From assembly GCA_963785235.1 (NCBI GenBank), contig CAWAUM010000001.1, forward strand, positions 256,001-320,000: a stretch of DNA of 64,000 bases, read 5' to 3'. Numbering within the stretch: the stretch's first letter is position 1; each line of letters starts with the position of its first letter. The translations under genes were made by a program, and so were the position numbers. This stretch comes from an uncultured delta proteobacterium (GTDB taxonomy: Bacteria > Desulfobacterota > Desulfomonilia > UBA1062). The notes beneath the pieces are model-generated. The model saw only the letters and a list, made by a program, of their open reading frames with translations, was not told the DNA's origin and made no database searches. Below, piece by piece: positions 31,685-41,301 of this stretch.

Positions 31685-32150
31685 ACAGGTTCCTCCTTTG
31701 TGCTGATGATTCATGGTTGTAAGCATCTTGTCCGATACCGGGACGCTTTTGTACCGGGCATTCCTCTTCCGATCTTGTTTCTAAGACTATTTTGCCGGCC
31801 CCTGTGATTCCTTCGCAGGGGTCCGGCTCTGCCCCCTGATCTGTCTCATTTGTGCCAAGCAAATTGAACGAAGAAGGGACATAAGGCTTTCCATCAGGTG
31901 AGGGATTATTGCCGTGCACAAAGAGAATGGATTCGGGAAATGTGCACGGATTCCGGGTTCCAGCCCGGGCAATAAGGGGATATGTGTCTTTTCCCATGAT
32001 CGGCATACTGCACCTTCAGGCTCAATTGATAAATCAGGCAAACCACCCATTTCTCTCTCAAGGTGTATGTATTCGCTAGAAGAGAATATTTCTGACGTGA
32101 GCGGATCATTCGAACCTTGAAGCCGGGTTGTGCATCTGAATGTATCCAAT

Positions 32151-32180
32151 GAACTACCCCGTAGCAAGCTGCGGGGAATT
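32151..32180. repeat. REP-like or IS200/IS605-end-like palindrome
   Basis: GAACTA-CCCCGTAGC-AA-GCTGCGGGG-AATT; no transposase nearby. Confidence 0.45.
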
Positions 32181-32305
32181 AACCCGGATGAGATTAAAAA
32201 AACAATTCCATGGTTCATATGAGGTTTATATATAAACCCCCTGAAGTGCATAGAGTATCAATTGCAAAACCTGTGATAAGTATCGAACCCCGCCCGGAGG
32301 AAAGA

Positions 32306-32352
32306 GAAATACCTGAATCCCGTAGTGCACAATAGGGTGTTCACCTGATTCA
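32306..32352 (+). promoter_or_regulatory. Conserved upstream element, copy A
   Basis: GAAATACCTGAATCCCGTAGTGCACAATAGGGTGTTCACCTGATTCA, about 100 bp before the CoA-transferase start. Confidence 0.65.
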
Positions 32353-32455
32353 TAAATCCTGAGAGTTTCCGTACTATAAAAAATGAAACCAATCGGGGGA
32401 TGGCAATTATAAAGAAATTGAAATCTTTTCAGGTGCGAAGAAAGGAAGGTGCGAA

Positions 32456-33826
32456 ATGAACGATTTCACAAAAAAGAAGTATCTCCAGAAATTCCGCACA
32501 CCGGAGCAGGTGGCGGGTATGGTCAAGTCCGGCGACAGGATATTTTTCGGCGAGTTCGTGCTCAGGCCCGATGCGCTTGACCAGGCGCTGGCAAACCGTG
32601 CAAACCAGCTTACGGACGTTATCATCGAGGGCGTGTGCGTAACCAAGGTTCCCAAGTTCATAGAGGCTGACCCGCATCGGGAGCACTTCATCTATAATGA
32701 CTGGCATATGTCCGGAGTGGGCAGAAAGCTCTACCAGCAAGGGCTGTGCAATTATGTCCCCTTCACCTACCACCAGGGTCCGCGTGTGGTGAGGAAGTAT
32801 AAGGAATACGATTTCGTCTTCGTGTCCGCAAGGCCCATGGACGACCAGGGATACTTCAATTTCGGCCTGTGCAACTCCATCACCTCTGCCGCCATCACCA
32901 AGGGTAAAACGGTGGTGGTCGAGGTCAACGAGTCATTGCCCCACTGCCTTGGGGGGAACCAGGAGTCTGTCCACATATCCCGGGTGGACTTTGTCGTGGA
33001 AAGTAAGAATATGCCGCTCCTGGAGATAAAGCCTGCTGTACCCACCGAGACCGATGTCCAGATCGCCCGGCACATCATGAACGAGATAGAAGACGGGGCC
33101 TGCCTCCAGCTGGGCATTGGCGGCCTGCCCAATGTCATTGGTTCCATGCTCGCAGAGTCCGACCTCAAGGACCTTGGCATCCATACGGAGATGCTCGTAG
33201 ACTCCATGGTGGACCTCTACAATGAAGGGAAGGTCACGGGAAACTGCAAGACCATTGACCGTTTCAAGATGGTCTATACCTTTGCCATGGGCACGAACAA
33301 GCTCTATGAATTCCTCCACAACAACCCGGCTTGCGCGTCGTATCCGGTGAACTACACCAATGATCCTAGGATCATCGGTGTTAACAGCAAGGTGGTTGCC
33401 ATCAACAACGCCATTGAGGTGGATCTGTTCGGCCAGGTCTGTTCAGAATCAGTGGGCACCGCCCACATCTCCGGCACGGGCGGGCAGTTTGACTTTATCT
33501 TCGGAGCGTTCAACTCGCGCGGCGGAAAAGGGATCATCGGCATATCGTCCACCTTCAGCGACAAGAACGGCAAGCTCCATTCACGCATTGTTCCCACCTT
33601 GAGGCCGGGCTCCATCGTCACGGTGCCCCGGTCCATCGTGCAGTATGTGGCCACGGAATTCGGCATTATCCAGCTTAAGGGCAAGTCCACCTGGGAGCGC
33701 TCGGAGGCCCTTATCAGCATCGCGCACCCCATGTTTCGCGACGAACTCATCAAGCAGGCCGAGGAAATGAAGATCTGGCTCGACAGGAGAGAGCCCCAAG
33801 CACTTGAGGCGGCAGTCGTTCCTTAG
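32456..33826 (+). CDS. Acetyl-CoA hydrolase/transferase family protein (butyryl-CoA:acetate or 4-hydroxybutyrate CoA-transferase-like)
   Basis: PMDDQGYFNFG, LQLGIGGLPN, DLGIHTEM, ISGTGGQFDF, ATEFG and IAHPMFRDEL motifs. Confidence 0.92.
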   Translation: MNDFTKKKYLQKFRTPEQVAGMVKSGDRIFFGEFVLRPDALDQALANRANQLTDVIIEGVCVTKVPKFIEADPHREHFIYNDWHMSGVGRKLYQQGLCNYVPFTYHQGPRVVRKYKEYDFVFVSARPMDDQGYFNFGLCNSITSAAITKGKTVVVEVNESLPHCLGGNQESVHISRVDFVVESKNMPLLEIKPAVPTETDVQIARHIMNEIEDGACLQLGIGGLPNVIGSMLAESDLKDLGIHTEMLVDSMVDLYNEGKVTGNCKTIDRFKMVYTFAMGTNKLYEFLHNNPACASYPVNYTNDPRIIGVNSKVVAINNAIEVDLFGQVCSESVGTAHISGTGGQFDFIFGAFNSRGGKGIIGISSTFSDKNGKLHSRIVPTLRPGSIVTVPRSIVQYVATEFGIIQLKGKSTWERSEALISIAHPMFRDELIKQAEEMKIWLDRREPQALEAAVVP

Positions 33827-33845
33827 AGATATCCGGATGGAAAGA

Positions 33846-33909
33846 GAGGAACAGCGCTTAGGGCCACCTGACGGGCATCGCACACTCGATCAAGCAAGCG
33901 CTGTTCCTC
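33846..33909. repeat. Intergenic 14-bp perfect inverted repeat
   Basis: GAGGAACAGCGCTT (33846-33859) pairs with AAGCGCTGTTCCTC (33896-33909); no U-tract. Confidence 0.6.
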
Positions 33910-33972
33910 CTGTCCATAGAGGGAAGGGACATCTGAGAAAGGCCGGACATACGGGAAAGAGGAGATCCTGAC

Positions 33973-34485
33973 ATGAATGTCTTCACCGCTATCACCCACA
34001 GGAAGAGCGTCAGGTTTTACAAGGATATCATAGTGGAAAGGGAGAAGATCAGAAAGGTGCTGGATGCCGCACGACTCTCTCCCTCAGCGGAGAACCGCCA
34101 GGAATGGAAGTTTATAATTGTCACGGATACCCAAACCAAGGCTAAGCTTGCGGGAGCAACCCTCGGGCAGCCTTTTCTGGCTCAAACACCTGTGATAATA
34201 GTCGCCTGTGCAACAGAGACGGACCACATCATGGCCTGCGGCCATAGCGCTTATACCATGGATGTAGCCATAGCATGCGCCTATATGACACTCCAGGCCA
34301 CGGAACTGGGCCTGGGAACCTGTTTGGTCAGTGCCTTCAGTGAATATGAGGTCAAGTCAATCCTAAAAATCCCCGGGCATTATCGGGTTGTCTCCATGAT
34401 GCCCATGGGATATCCGAATCAACCCAGGTCAATGAAACTGAGGAAGAGCCTGGATGAGATTGTGTGTTTTGAAAGGTATGAATAA
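33973..34485 (+). CDS. Nitroreductase family protein
   Basis: RKSVRFY, AARLSPSAENRQEWKFI, LQATELGLGTC and GYP...RKSLDEIV motifs. Confidence 0.92.
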   Translation: MNVFTAITHRKSVRFYKDIIVEREKIRKVLDAARLSPSAENRQEWKFIIVTDTQTKAKLAGATLGQPFLAQTPVIIVACATETDHIMACGHSAYTMDVAIACAYMTLQATELGLGTCLVSAFSEYEVKSILKIPGHYRVVSMMPMGYPNQPRSMKLRKSLDEIVCFERYE

Positions 34486-34516
34486 TGATCTCTGCCGATT
34501 TATGCAACCCTAAGGG

Positions 34517-34562
34517 GAAATACTTGACTCACATAGACATAATACGGTGTTCACCTGATTCA
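34517..34562 (+). promoter_or_regulatory. Conserved upstream element, copy B
   Basis: GAAATACTTGACTCACATAGACATAATACGGTGTTCACCTGATTCA; shares a 17-bp exact core with copy A; about 65 bp before the thiolase start. Confidence 0.65.
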
Positions 34563-34627
34563 CCTATTCAGGATTTATCTTTATGATCTCTCATGAGGAT
34601 TGAGAAGACAGATAAAGCCTAAAGGAG

Positions 34628-35890
34628 ATGAAAACAATGAGAGACGTGGTCATCGTTTCAGCTTGTCGTACGGCAATCGGCACCTTCGGGGGAGCGCTCA
34701 AGGACCTGCACGTGGTGAACCTTGCAACCGCAGTGATGAAAGAGGCGGTCAAGAGGGCAGGCATCGATCCCTCCATCATCGATGATGTGCGGTTCGGTAA
34801 CATGTATGAGCACTATACCTCCATGAACCTGGCCAGGGTGGCATCCATCCAGGCCGGGCATCCCATATACGACCAATGCCGTCACCATCAACAGGGTATG
34901 CGTCTCGGGCATGGAGGCCGCCGTCTCGGGAATGGCCATGATCCAGGCAGGCTTGGCAGATGTCATCCTTGCAGGAGGGGCCGAGCATATGTCCGGCGTT
35001 CCCTATGCAGTGCCGGGGGCCCGGTGGGGGTGCCGTCTCCAGAACAACACGCTCGATGACATGCTCATGGAAGGACTTCTGTGCGGATCTAAATTCAACC
35101 CCTGCCCCGCAGACGGACCACTTGCAGGCGGCCAGCCGTTATGACCTCTACAAGGGAAAGCCCTACATCATGGGCCACACTGCTGAATTTGTCGCCCAGA
35201 TGTACGATATCAGCCGCGAGGAGATGGACGAGGTGGCTCTGCGAAGCCACAACAACGTGGAGCGGGCAACAAAAGACGGTGATTTTGCAGAGGAGATCGT
35301 GCCCCTGGAGATCCCCCAGAAGAAGGGCAAGCCGCCCAAGATATTCGACAAGGACGAGCACTTCAGGCCCGGGATAACCATGGAGGCTTTAAGCCAGCTC
35401 CCACCCGCATTCATCCCCAAGGTCGGGAAGGTGACGGCCGGCAATGCATCGGGACTCAACGACGGCGCCAGCGCCATGGTCATCATGGCGGCAGAGCGTG
35501 CGAAAGAACTGGGTCTGAAACCCCTTGCCAGGATCCGGGCCGTGGGCTACGGCGGATGCGATCCCACCATCATGGGCATCAGCCCTGCGCCTGCCATCAC
35601 GGTGCCTCATGAAACGCTCCAAGCTCAAGATCGAAGACTTCGAACTGATCGAGCTGAACGAGGCATTTGCCGCCCAGTACCTGGGGTGCGAAAAAGAGCT
35701 GGGGCTCAACCGGGAGATCTGCAACGTGAACGGCTCGGGCATCGGGCTGGGCCACCCCATCGGCGCCACGGGCAACCGGATCATGGTGACCCTGATCCAT
35801 GCCATGAAGAAGCAGGGCAAGACGCTCGGTCTGGCATCTTTGTGCGGCGGGGGCGGGGTGTCCATGGCCACGGCCATAGAGATGCTCTAA
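34628..35890 (+). CDS. Acetyl-CoA C-acyltransferase (thiolase), three apparent +1 frameshifts (~34857, ~35140, ~35598)
   Basis: Fragments in successive frames: VVIVSACRTAIGTFGG; TINRVCVSGM; AGGAEHMS; VTAGNASGLNDGA; ELNEAFAAQ; GHPIGATG; LCGGGG. Confidence 0.9.
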
Positions 35891-35946
35891 CCAAGATAAA
35901 TGCAGGTATAAAAGAGAAGATAATCCAACATAAGGAGGATATAACA

Positions 35947-37089
35947 ATGGATTTTGAACTCACCGAAGAAATGCGCATGCTCTCCGATATGGCCTACAAG
36001 TTCGCCATGAATGAGATCGCCCCTGTTGCAGAGAAGGCCGACCATGACGAAGTATATATGCCCGATGTCCGCAAGAAGGCGGGCGAGAACGGGCTTATCG
36101 GCTGCTGGATCGATGAGCAGTACGGCGGGGCGGGCGTCGGCTTCCTGGGAAACTCCATCATCACCGAGCAGCTCGCCCGGGCATGCCTGGGCTTCTCCCT
36201 GTCCATCACCGCCGCCACATTCGGTGCCGAGAACGTGCATTACTATGGCACCCACGAGCAGAAGCTGAAATACTTCCCCGAAGTCTGCGCAGGCGACGCC
36301 GTGGTTGCGGGCGCCTACACCGAGCCCAACGCCGGAACCGACGTGGCGGGCTACAAGACGCGCGCGGTGGAAGACGGCGATCACTACGTCATTACCGGCA
36401 ACAAGATGTTCATCACCAACGGAAGCGTATGCGACTGGATGGTGGTGCAGGCCATCACCGACCCTGGCGAAAAGGCGCACAAGAGCTTCAGCCAGTTCAT
36501 CGTTGATGCCGACACCCCCGGCATCAGCAGGACGAAGCTCCACGGCAAGCTCGGCATCCGCACCAGCGACACGGCAGAGATCGCTTTCGACAGCGTGCGC
36601 GTCCCCAAGGAAAACCTCGTGGGCAAAAGGGGCAACGGATTCTATCAGCTCATGCACTTCTTCAACACCACGCGGGTCATGATCGCGGCCCAGGCGCTTG
36701 GCCTGTGCGAGGCATGTCTGGACGAGTCGGTGAAATACTGCAAGGAGAGGAACGTCTTCGGGAAACCGCTGGGAAGCTACCAGATCTCCATGCAGAAGCT
36801 CACCGATATGGCCATCAGGGTAGAGGCATTGAGGGGTATGGTCTACAAGGCCTCCTGGCTGCTGGATATCGGGAAACCGGACCATCACCTCGCGGCCATG
36901 GCCAAGTTCTTCGGCGGCCAGTCCGCAGTGTTCTGCGCCAATGCGGCGGTGGAGATCCACGGCGGCTACGGCTACATGGAAGAGTACAAGGTGTCCAAGT
37001 GGTACCGCGACGCCAAGATCCTCGAACTCTACGAGGGCACGAAAGAGGCCGAGATCATGACGCTGGGCAAGGCGCTCTTGGCCGGATAA
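35947..37089 (+). CDS. Acyl-CoA dehydrogenase
   Basis: MDFELTEE after a GGAGG RBS; YTEPNAGTD, GNKMFITNG, KLGIR, IHGGYGY and YRDAKILELYEGT motifs. The ORF-track frame 34960-37089 is an artefactual fusion with thiolase. Confidence 0.94.
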   Translation: MDFELTEEMRMLSDMAYKFAMNEIAPVAEKADHDEVYMPDVRKKAGENGLIGCWIDEQYGGAGVGFLGNSIITEQLARACLGFSLSITAATFGAENVHYYGTHEQKLKYFPEVCAGDAVVAGAYTEPNAGTDVAGYKTRAVEDGDHYVITGNKMFITNGSVCDWMVVQAITDPGEKAHKSFSQFIVDADTPGISRTKLHGKLGIRTSDTAEIAFDSVRVPKENLVGKRGNGFYQLMHFFNTTRVMIAAQALGLCEACLDESVKYCKERNVFGKPLGSYQISMQKLTDMAIRVEALRGMVYKASWLLDIGKPDHHLAAMAKFFGGQSAVFCANAAVEIHGGYGYMEEYKVSKWYRDAKILELYEGTKEAEIMTLGKALLAG

Positions 37090-37119
37090 TCAGCAGGAAA
37101 GGCAAGTATCAGCAATACT

Positions 37120-37260
37120 CTCTATAACTGCCCGGTATAGTGTGACTACAAGTCCGGTATACCAAGCCCCCTGGGGGATGAGGCTCTGAGCCTCATCCCT
37201 CTATCCCCTTAACCCCGGACTTTGCAATCGAATGTAACCAGTAACAAATCTCTAGAAACG
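37120..37260 (-). other. Intergenic rod-like structured element (candidate ncRNA)
   Basis: Inner stem GGGATGAGGCTC/GAGCCTCATCCC; outer AAGTCCGG/CCGGACTT stem extended by G-U pairs on the minus strand; large central bubble. Confidence 0.35.
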
Positions 37261-37279
37261 ATTCAGTCTTTTAAACAGG

Positions 37280-37365
37280 TCCGATCAAATCATCAATCTT
37301 GCAGCCTTTACGGAATGCTGATCCTCTCGGTCCTTCAAGGCTGCAAGATTGATGATTTGATCGGA
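37280..37365. repeat. 29-bp perfect inverted repeat with a 28-nt spacer
   Basis: TCCGATCAAATCATCAATCTTGCAGCCTT (37280-37308) pairs with AAGGCTGCAAGATTGATGATTTGATCGGA (37337-37365). Confidence 0.85.
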
Positions 37366-37412
37366 TCAAGTTTTTACTACTCTTAAACGCGAAATCCGGG
37401 TTAACCCCTGAC

Positions 37413-39524
37413 TTACGATACCCTGTCACCCGGGTCAGGCTCTCCGTCAAAGGTGCAGATGTTCCATGTGTCTCCATGTCCGCCTGCCATGATCATGCCC
37501 TCGGACAACCCGAATTTCATCTGGCGCGGTTTGAGGTTGGCCACTACAATCGCTTTCTTGCCGATAAGTCCGGCCGGGTCGGGATATGCGCCCTTTATGC
37601 CGGCAAAGATCTGGCGGAGACGTCCTTCATTCAGGTCGACCATGAGCCTCACCATCTTGTCAGAGCCTTCTACAGGATGCGCCTCCATGATCTTTCCCAC
37701 CCTGAAATCTATTTTTGTAAAGTCATCGATAGTTATTTCGGCTTGCTTGGCAGGTACAGTCTTTTGCGCAGGCTTTACCTTTTTCTCCGGCTGCTTGGCG
37801 TGGCCTGAGGCCTTCTCGATCTTGGCCCAGGAATCCCGCAGGGTAACGGTCCGGTTAAACACCAGGGTTTTATCCTTTGAATCCTTGGAGTCCACACAGA
37901 AATAACCCTGCCGCTCAAACTGGAAGCACATCCCCGGCTTCGCCTTACCAACGGATGGCTCAAGCATACACCCTTTCAGGGGAACCAACGAATCCGGGTT
38001 CAGGAACTCCTTGTAGTCCTTGCCCGTCTTCTCGGCCTCGGATGCGATATTCTCCACCGTGAAGAGCCTGTCGTACAGCCTCACCTCTGCGGTAAGGGCG
38101 TGTCCGGCAGATACCCAGTGGAGCGTACCCTTCACCTTGCGACCGTCCGGTGCATCGCCGCCTTTTGTGGCCGGGTCGTAGGTGCAGCGGAGTTCTTTGA
38201 TGTTGCCTGTCTCGTCCTTCACCACGCCGGTGCAGGTGATAAAGTAGGCCCCCCGGAGCCTCACCTCTCTGCCCGGTGCCAGGCGGAAGAACTTGTCAGG
38301 AGGGTTTTCCATGAAGTCTTCCTGCTCGATATAGAGTGTCCGGGAGAAGGGCACCATGCGGGAGCCCATGGAAGGGTTGTCCGGGTGATAGGGGATCTCG
38401 AATTCCTCGGTTGTATCTTCCGGGTAGTTCTCGATGGTTACCTTGAGCGGCTGCAGCACTGCCATGACCCTGGGGGTTTTAATGTTCAGGTCCTCCCGGA
38501 TGTGGTACTCAAGCAGTGCCATGTCCACCATGGAGTCCTTCTTGGCCACCCCGATCGTCTCGCAGAATTTCCTGATGGCCGAAGGTGTATAGCCGCGGCG
38601 CCTCAAGCCTGCAATGGTAGGCATGCGCGGGTCGTCCCATCCGGTTACGATGCCAAGATTTACAAGCTCTAAAAGCCTGCGCTTGCTCATCATGGTGTAG
38701 CTCAGGTTGAGCCTGGCGAATTCGATCTGCTGGGAACGGTACATATCGATCTTTTCCAGGAACCAGTCGTACAGTACCCGGTGGTCTTCGAACTCAAGGG
38801 TGCAGATGGAGTGGGTTATCTTTTCCAGCGAATCGGAAATGGGGTGCGCGTAGTCATACATGGGGTAGATGCACCAGTCATCGCCGGTGCGGTGGTGGGT
38901 GGAGCGCAGGATCCGGTAGATGATGGGGTCCCGCATATTGAGGTTGGGCGATGCCATATCGATCCTGGCGCGGAGCACCCGGGCCCCGTCCGGAAACTCG
39001 CCCGCCCTCATGCGGCGGAACAGGTCGAGGTTCTCCTCCTTGCTTCGGTTCCGGTAGGGGCTGTCTTTGCCGGGTTCGGTGAGCGTGCCACGGTACTGCC
39101 TGGTCTCCTCGGCACTCAAATCGCACACATAGGCCAGGCCTTTTTTGATGAGCGTTTCGGCCAGCTCGTAGGTCTTCTCGAAGTAGTCGGATGCGTAGTA
39201 CATCCGCTCTTCCCAGTCAAAGCCCAGCCAGCGGACATCTTCCATGATGGAGTCGAGGTATTCCTGGTCTTCCTTGCTTGGGTTGGTGTCGTCGAAGCGC
39301 AGGTTGCAGATGCCCTTGTAATCGGCTGCTATGCCGAAGTTCAGGCAGATGGACTTGGCGTGGCCGATGTGCAGATAGCCGTTCGGTTCAGGGGGGAAGC
39401 GGGTGTTCACCCTGCCGCCATATTTTCCGTTCTTCATGTGCTCGTTGATGATGGTGCGTATGAAATCAATGGATGCCGGTGCACCCGGTTCCTTCGTGCT
39501 GTCATTGTCAGTAGGCTTTGCCAT
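37413..39524 (-). CDS. glnS: Glutaminyl-tRNA synthetase with a C-terminal tRNA-binding OB-fold (Trbp111/MetRS-C-like)
   Basis: [37 protein letters not shown] and FQFERQGYF motifs; tail [16 protein letters not shown]...RQIFAGIK...[19 protein letters not shown]. Confidence 0.95.
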   Translation of the reverse strand: MAKPTDNDSTKEPGAPASIDFIRTIINEHMKNGKYGGRVNTRFPPEPNGYLHIGHAKSICLNFGIAADYKGICNLRFDDTNPSKEDQEYLDSIMEDVRWLGFDWEERMYYASDYFEKTYELAETLIKKGLAYVCDLSAEETRQYRGTLTEPGKDSPYRNRSKEENLDLFRRMRAGEFPDGARVLRARIDMASPNLNMRDPIIYRILRSTHHRTGDDWCIYPMYDYAHPISDSLEKITHSICTLEFEDHRVLYDWFLEKIDMYRSQQIEFARLNLSYTMMSKRRLLELVNLGIVTGWDDPRMPTIAGLRRRGYTPSAIRKFCETIGVAKKDSMVDMALLEYHIREDLNIKTPRVMAVLQPLKVTIENYPEDTTEEFEIPYHPDNPSMGSRMVPFSRTLYIEQEDFMENPPDKFFRLAPGREVRLRGAYFITCTGVVKDETGNIKELRCTYDPATKGGDAPDGRKVKGTLHWVSAGHALTAEVRLYDRLFTVENIASEAEKTGKDYKEFLNPDSLVPLKGCMLEPSVGKAKPGMCFQFERQGYFCVDSKDSKDKTLVFNRTVTLRDSWAKIEKASGHAKQPEKKVKPAQKTVPAKQAEITIDDFTKIDFRVGKIMEAHPVEGSDKMVRLMVDLNEGRLRQIFAGIKGAYPDPAGLIGKKAIVVANLKPRQMKFGLSEGMIMAGGHGDTWNICTFDGEPDPGDRVS

Positions 39525-39616
39525 GGCTTCATTCCTTCAATACGGATAATAGGGCAGGTATACCACAGGATCGTATTCTTTTAAATCATGTTCACTGGAT
39601 TCGAAGCCTGCGCTTT

Positions 39617-41266
39617 TTATTGAACAGGCCTGATTCCGGAATCACGGCCCAAACCGTCCAGGACAGCCTTGTCACGATTATAGGGATCTTTCTTGAAAGA
39701 GACGATTCCGTCTTTGTCCACCTCTACCGTCATGTAAAGCAGCAGTATGGTAACAGGCCTGGGCAATACCAGTGTCCGGGTCTTTCCTGATTCGCCTGCC
39801 TTCATGATGCTTTCGGAGCTCCACCTGGTTGGATTGTCCAGCAGCAGCTCCGCCAGTTCGAAGGGCTTCTCCAGACGTATGCACCCGGAGCTGAAAGTCC
39901 GGTCCTCGCTGGCGAACAGTTCCTTATGCGGGGTGTCATGCATGTACACGGAATAGGGATTGGGGAAGATGATCTTGATGCGCCCCAGGGCGTTTTTGGC
40001 GCCGGGTTCCTGCCTGAGGGTGTAAGGAAAAGGTCGTACAGGGTATAATGACCAGTTGAGCGTTTTCGGATTTATCCTTGCACCTTTACTGTCAAGAACC
40101 CTGAGGCCCTTCTTGTTGAGGTAGGAGGGGTCCTTCTGTACTGCCGGCAGGATGTCCTTTGTAAGGATAGTCGGCGGCACTACCCACGCGGGATTGAGCT
40201 GCATCTGTGTGATCTTCGATCTGAACACCGGCGTGTCCCGAAAGGGCTGCCCCACCTGGGCCCTGCAGGACCATATGACCTTGTTGTCTTTGTTGAAAGA
40301 TACGCGGAACCCGGCAATGTCAACGAGGACGAATGTTTCGCCCGGGTCACGGAGCACCCACCTGGAGCGCTCGAGGTTCACACGGATCTGGTCGATGCGG
40401 TCCTCCACCGGCACATTTAGGGCTGCAAGTGTCTCTTTCCCCGCCGCGCCGTCTTCTTTCAGGCCGTGTCTGCGCTGAAAACAGATGACTGCCTGCTGGA
40501 GCTCCCCGTCGAAGGTCAGGGGGTCTGAGGCTGGTTCCTGCAGGTTATCGGTGATGGCCAGGCGCCTGCGCAGTGCTGAAACCCTTGGGTCGATCATGCC
40601 TTTATTCAGGGTCGGGCCGGGGGGCACTTCTTCCCATCCGCCGCCGGCCCTGATTGCGCGATATGCCCTAAGCGCTGACTTCAGGCGGGAGTAGGACGGG
40701 TGGATTATCTTCCATTCGTTGATCGTTTGCACAAGGCTCCTGGATGCGATTGCGTGCTCGATGAACACTACCGGGTCCGTATTGTCGATCTTCCGGTCGA
40801 GGTTCCACTGGGGGTGATAGGTCAAGGGGTCTTGCTTGCCGCAGTTTGAGTGGTTGGCCAGGAGGACAAAGGCATCGGTGAGGACGAGGTCCAGCGATGC
40901 CGTGAGCGACGGGTCGGGGGGCTTACCGGTACGGGTCATGGACCACTGCTGCCGGATCTCTTGCCAATGATAATCCTGTGGGTCGAGACCGTCTTCGTAG
41001 GTCTCTTCTATGGCACGAATGAGCTGCTCGACGGAGTTTGCATCCAACCAGATGGGACGGTATCCACGCCGTTTATAAATCTCAGGAATGACGGTGAGAG
41101 AAGAGATCTGGCAGGTGCCCACACTGATTCCGCCGTTGACCTGGGCTCCGCCAAGCTTCTCTTTGATTATTACGGCAACGCTGTCATCGAAGGTCTGGGC
41201 AAGGCAAATTCCAGCAGGCATGAGCATGAAGCCCAGCAGAAAGGTAGTGAGAAATTTTCGTGACAT
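39617..41266 (-). CDS. L,D-transpeptidase YcbB/LdtD-like with a peptidoglycan-binding domain
   Basis: Signal peptide; FQRRHGL..DG..G..T, NLERSRW, NALGRIKIIFPN and YMHDTP...SSGCIRL motifs. Confidence 0.9.
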   Translation of the reverse strand: MSRKFLTTFLLGFMLMPAGICLAQTFDDSVAVIIKEKLGGAQVNGGISVGTCQISSLTVIPEIYKRRGYRPIWLDANSVEQLIRAIEETYEDGLDPQDYHWQEIRQQWSMTRTGKPPDPSLTASLDLVLTDAFVLLANHSNCGKQDPLTYHPQWNLDRKIDNTDPVVFIEHAIASRSLVQTINEWKIIHPSYSRLKSALRAYRAIRAGGGWEEVPPGPTLNKGMIDPRVSALRRRLAITDNLQEPASDPLTFDGELQQAVICFQRRHGLKEDGAAGKETLAALNVPVEDRIDQIRVNLERSRWVLRDPGETFVLVDIAGFRVSFNKDNKVIWSCRAQVGQPFRDTPVFRSKITQMQLNPAWVVPPTILTKDILPAVQKDPSYLNKKGLRVLDSKGARINPKTLNWSLYPVRPFPYTLRQEPGAKNALGRIKIIFPNPYSVYMHDTPHKELFASEDRTFSSGCIRLEKPFELAELLLDNPTRWSSESIMKAGESGKTRTLVLPRPVTILLLYMTVEVDKDGIVSFKKDPYNRDKAVLDGLGRDSGIRPVQ

Positions 41267-41301
41267 GGTCCCTCATCCCTGCTGAGCACTTCTTGCAGGG
41301 T

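Noticed and set aside
31668-32251. ORFs 31668-32006, 31787-32251, 31906-32109 and 31914-32120
   Set aside because: No recognisable motifs or convincing RBS, and they overlap each other; treated as non-coding regulatory DNA.
34960-37089. Apparent 709-aa thiolase-acyl-CoA dehydrogenase fusion in the ORF track
   Set aside because: Created by the frameshift at ~35598. Thiolase ends at 35890 in another frame, and ACAD has its own RBS and ATG at 35947.
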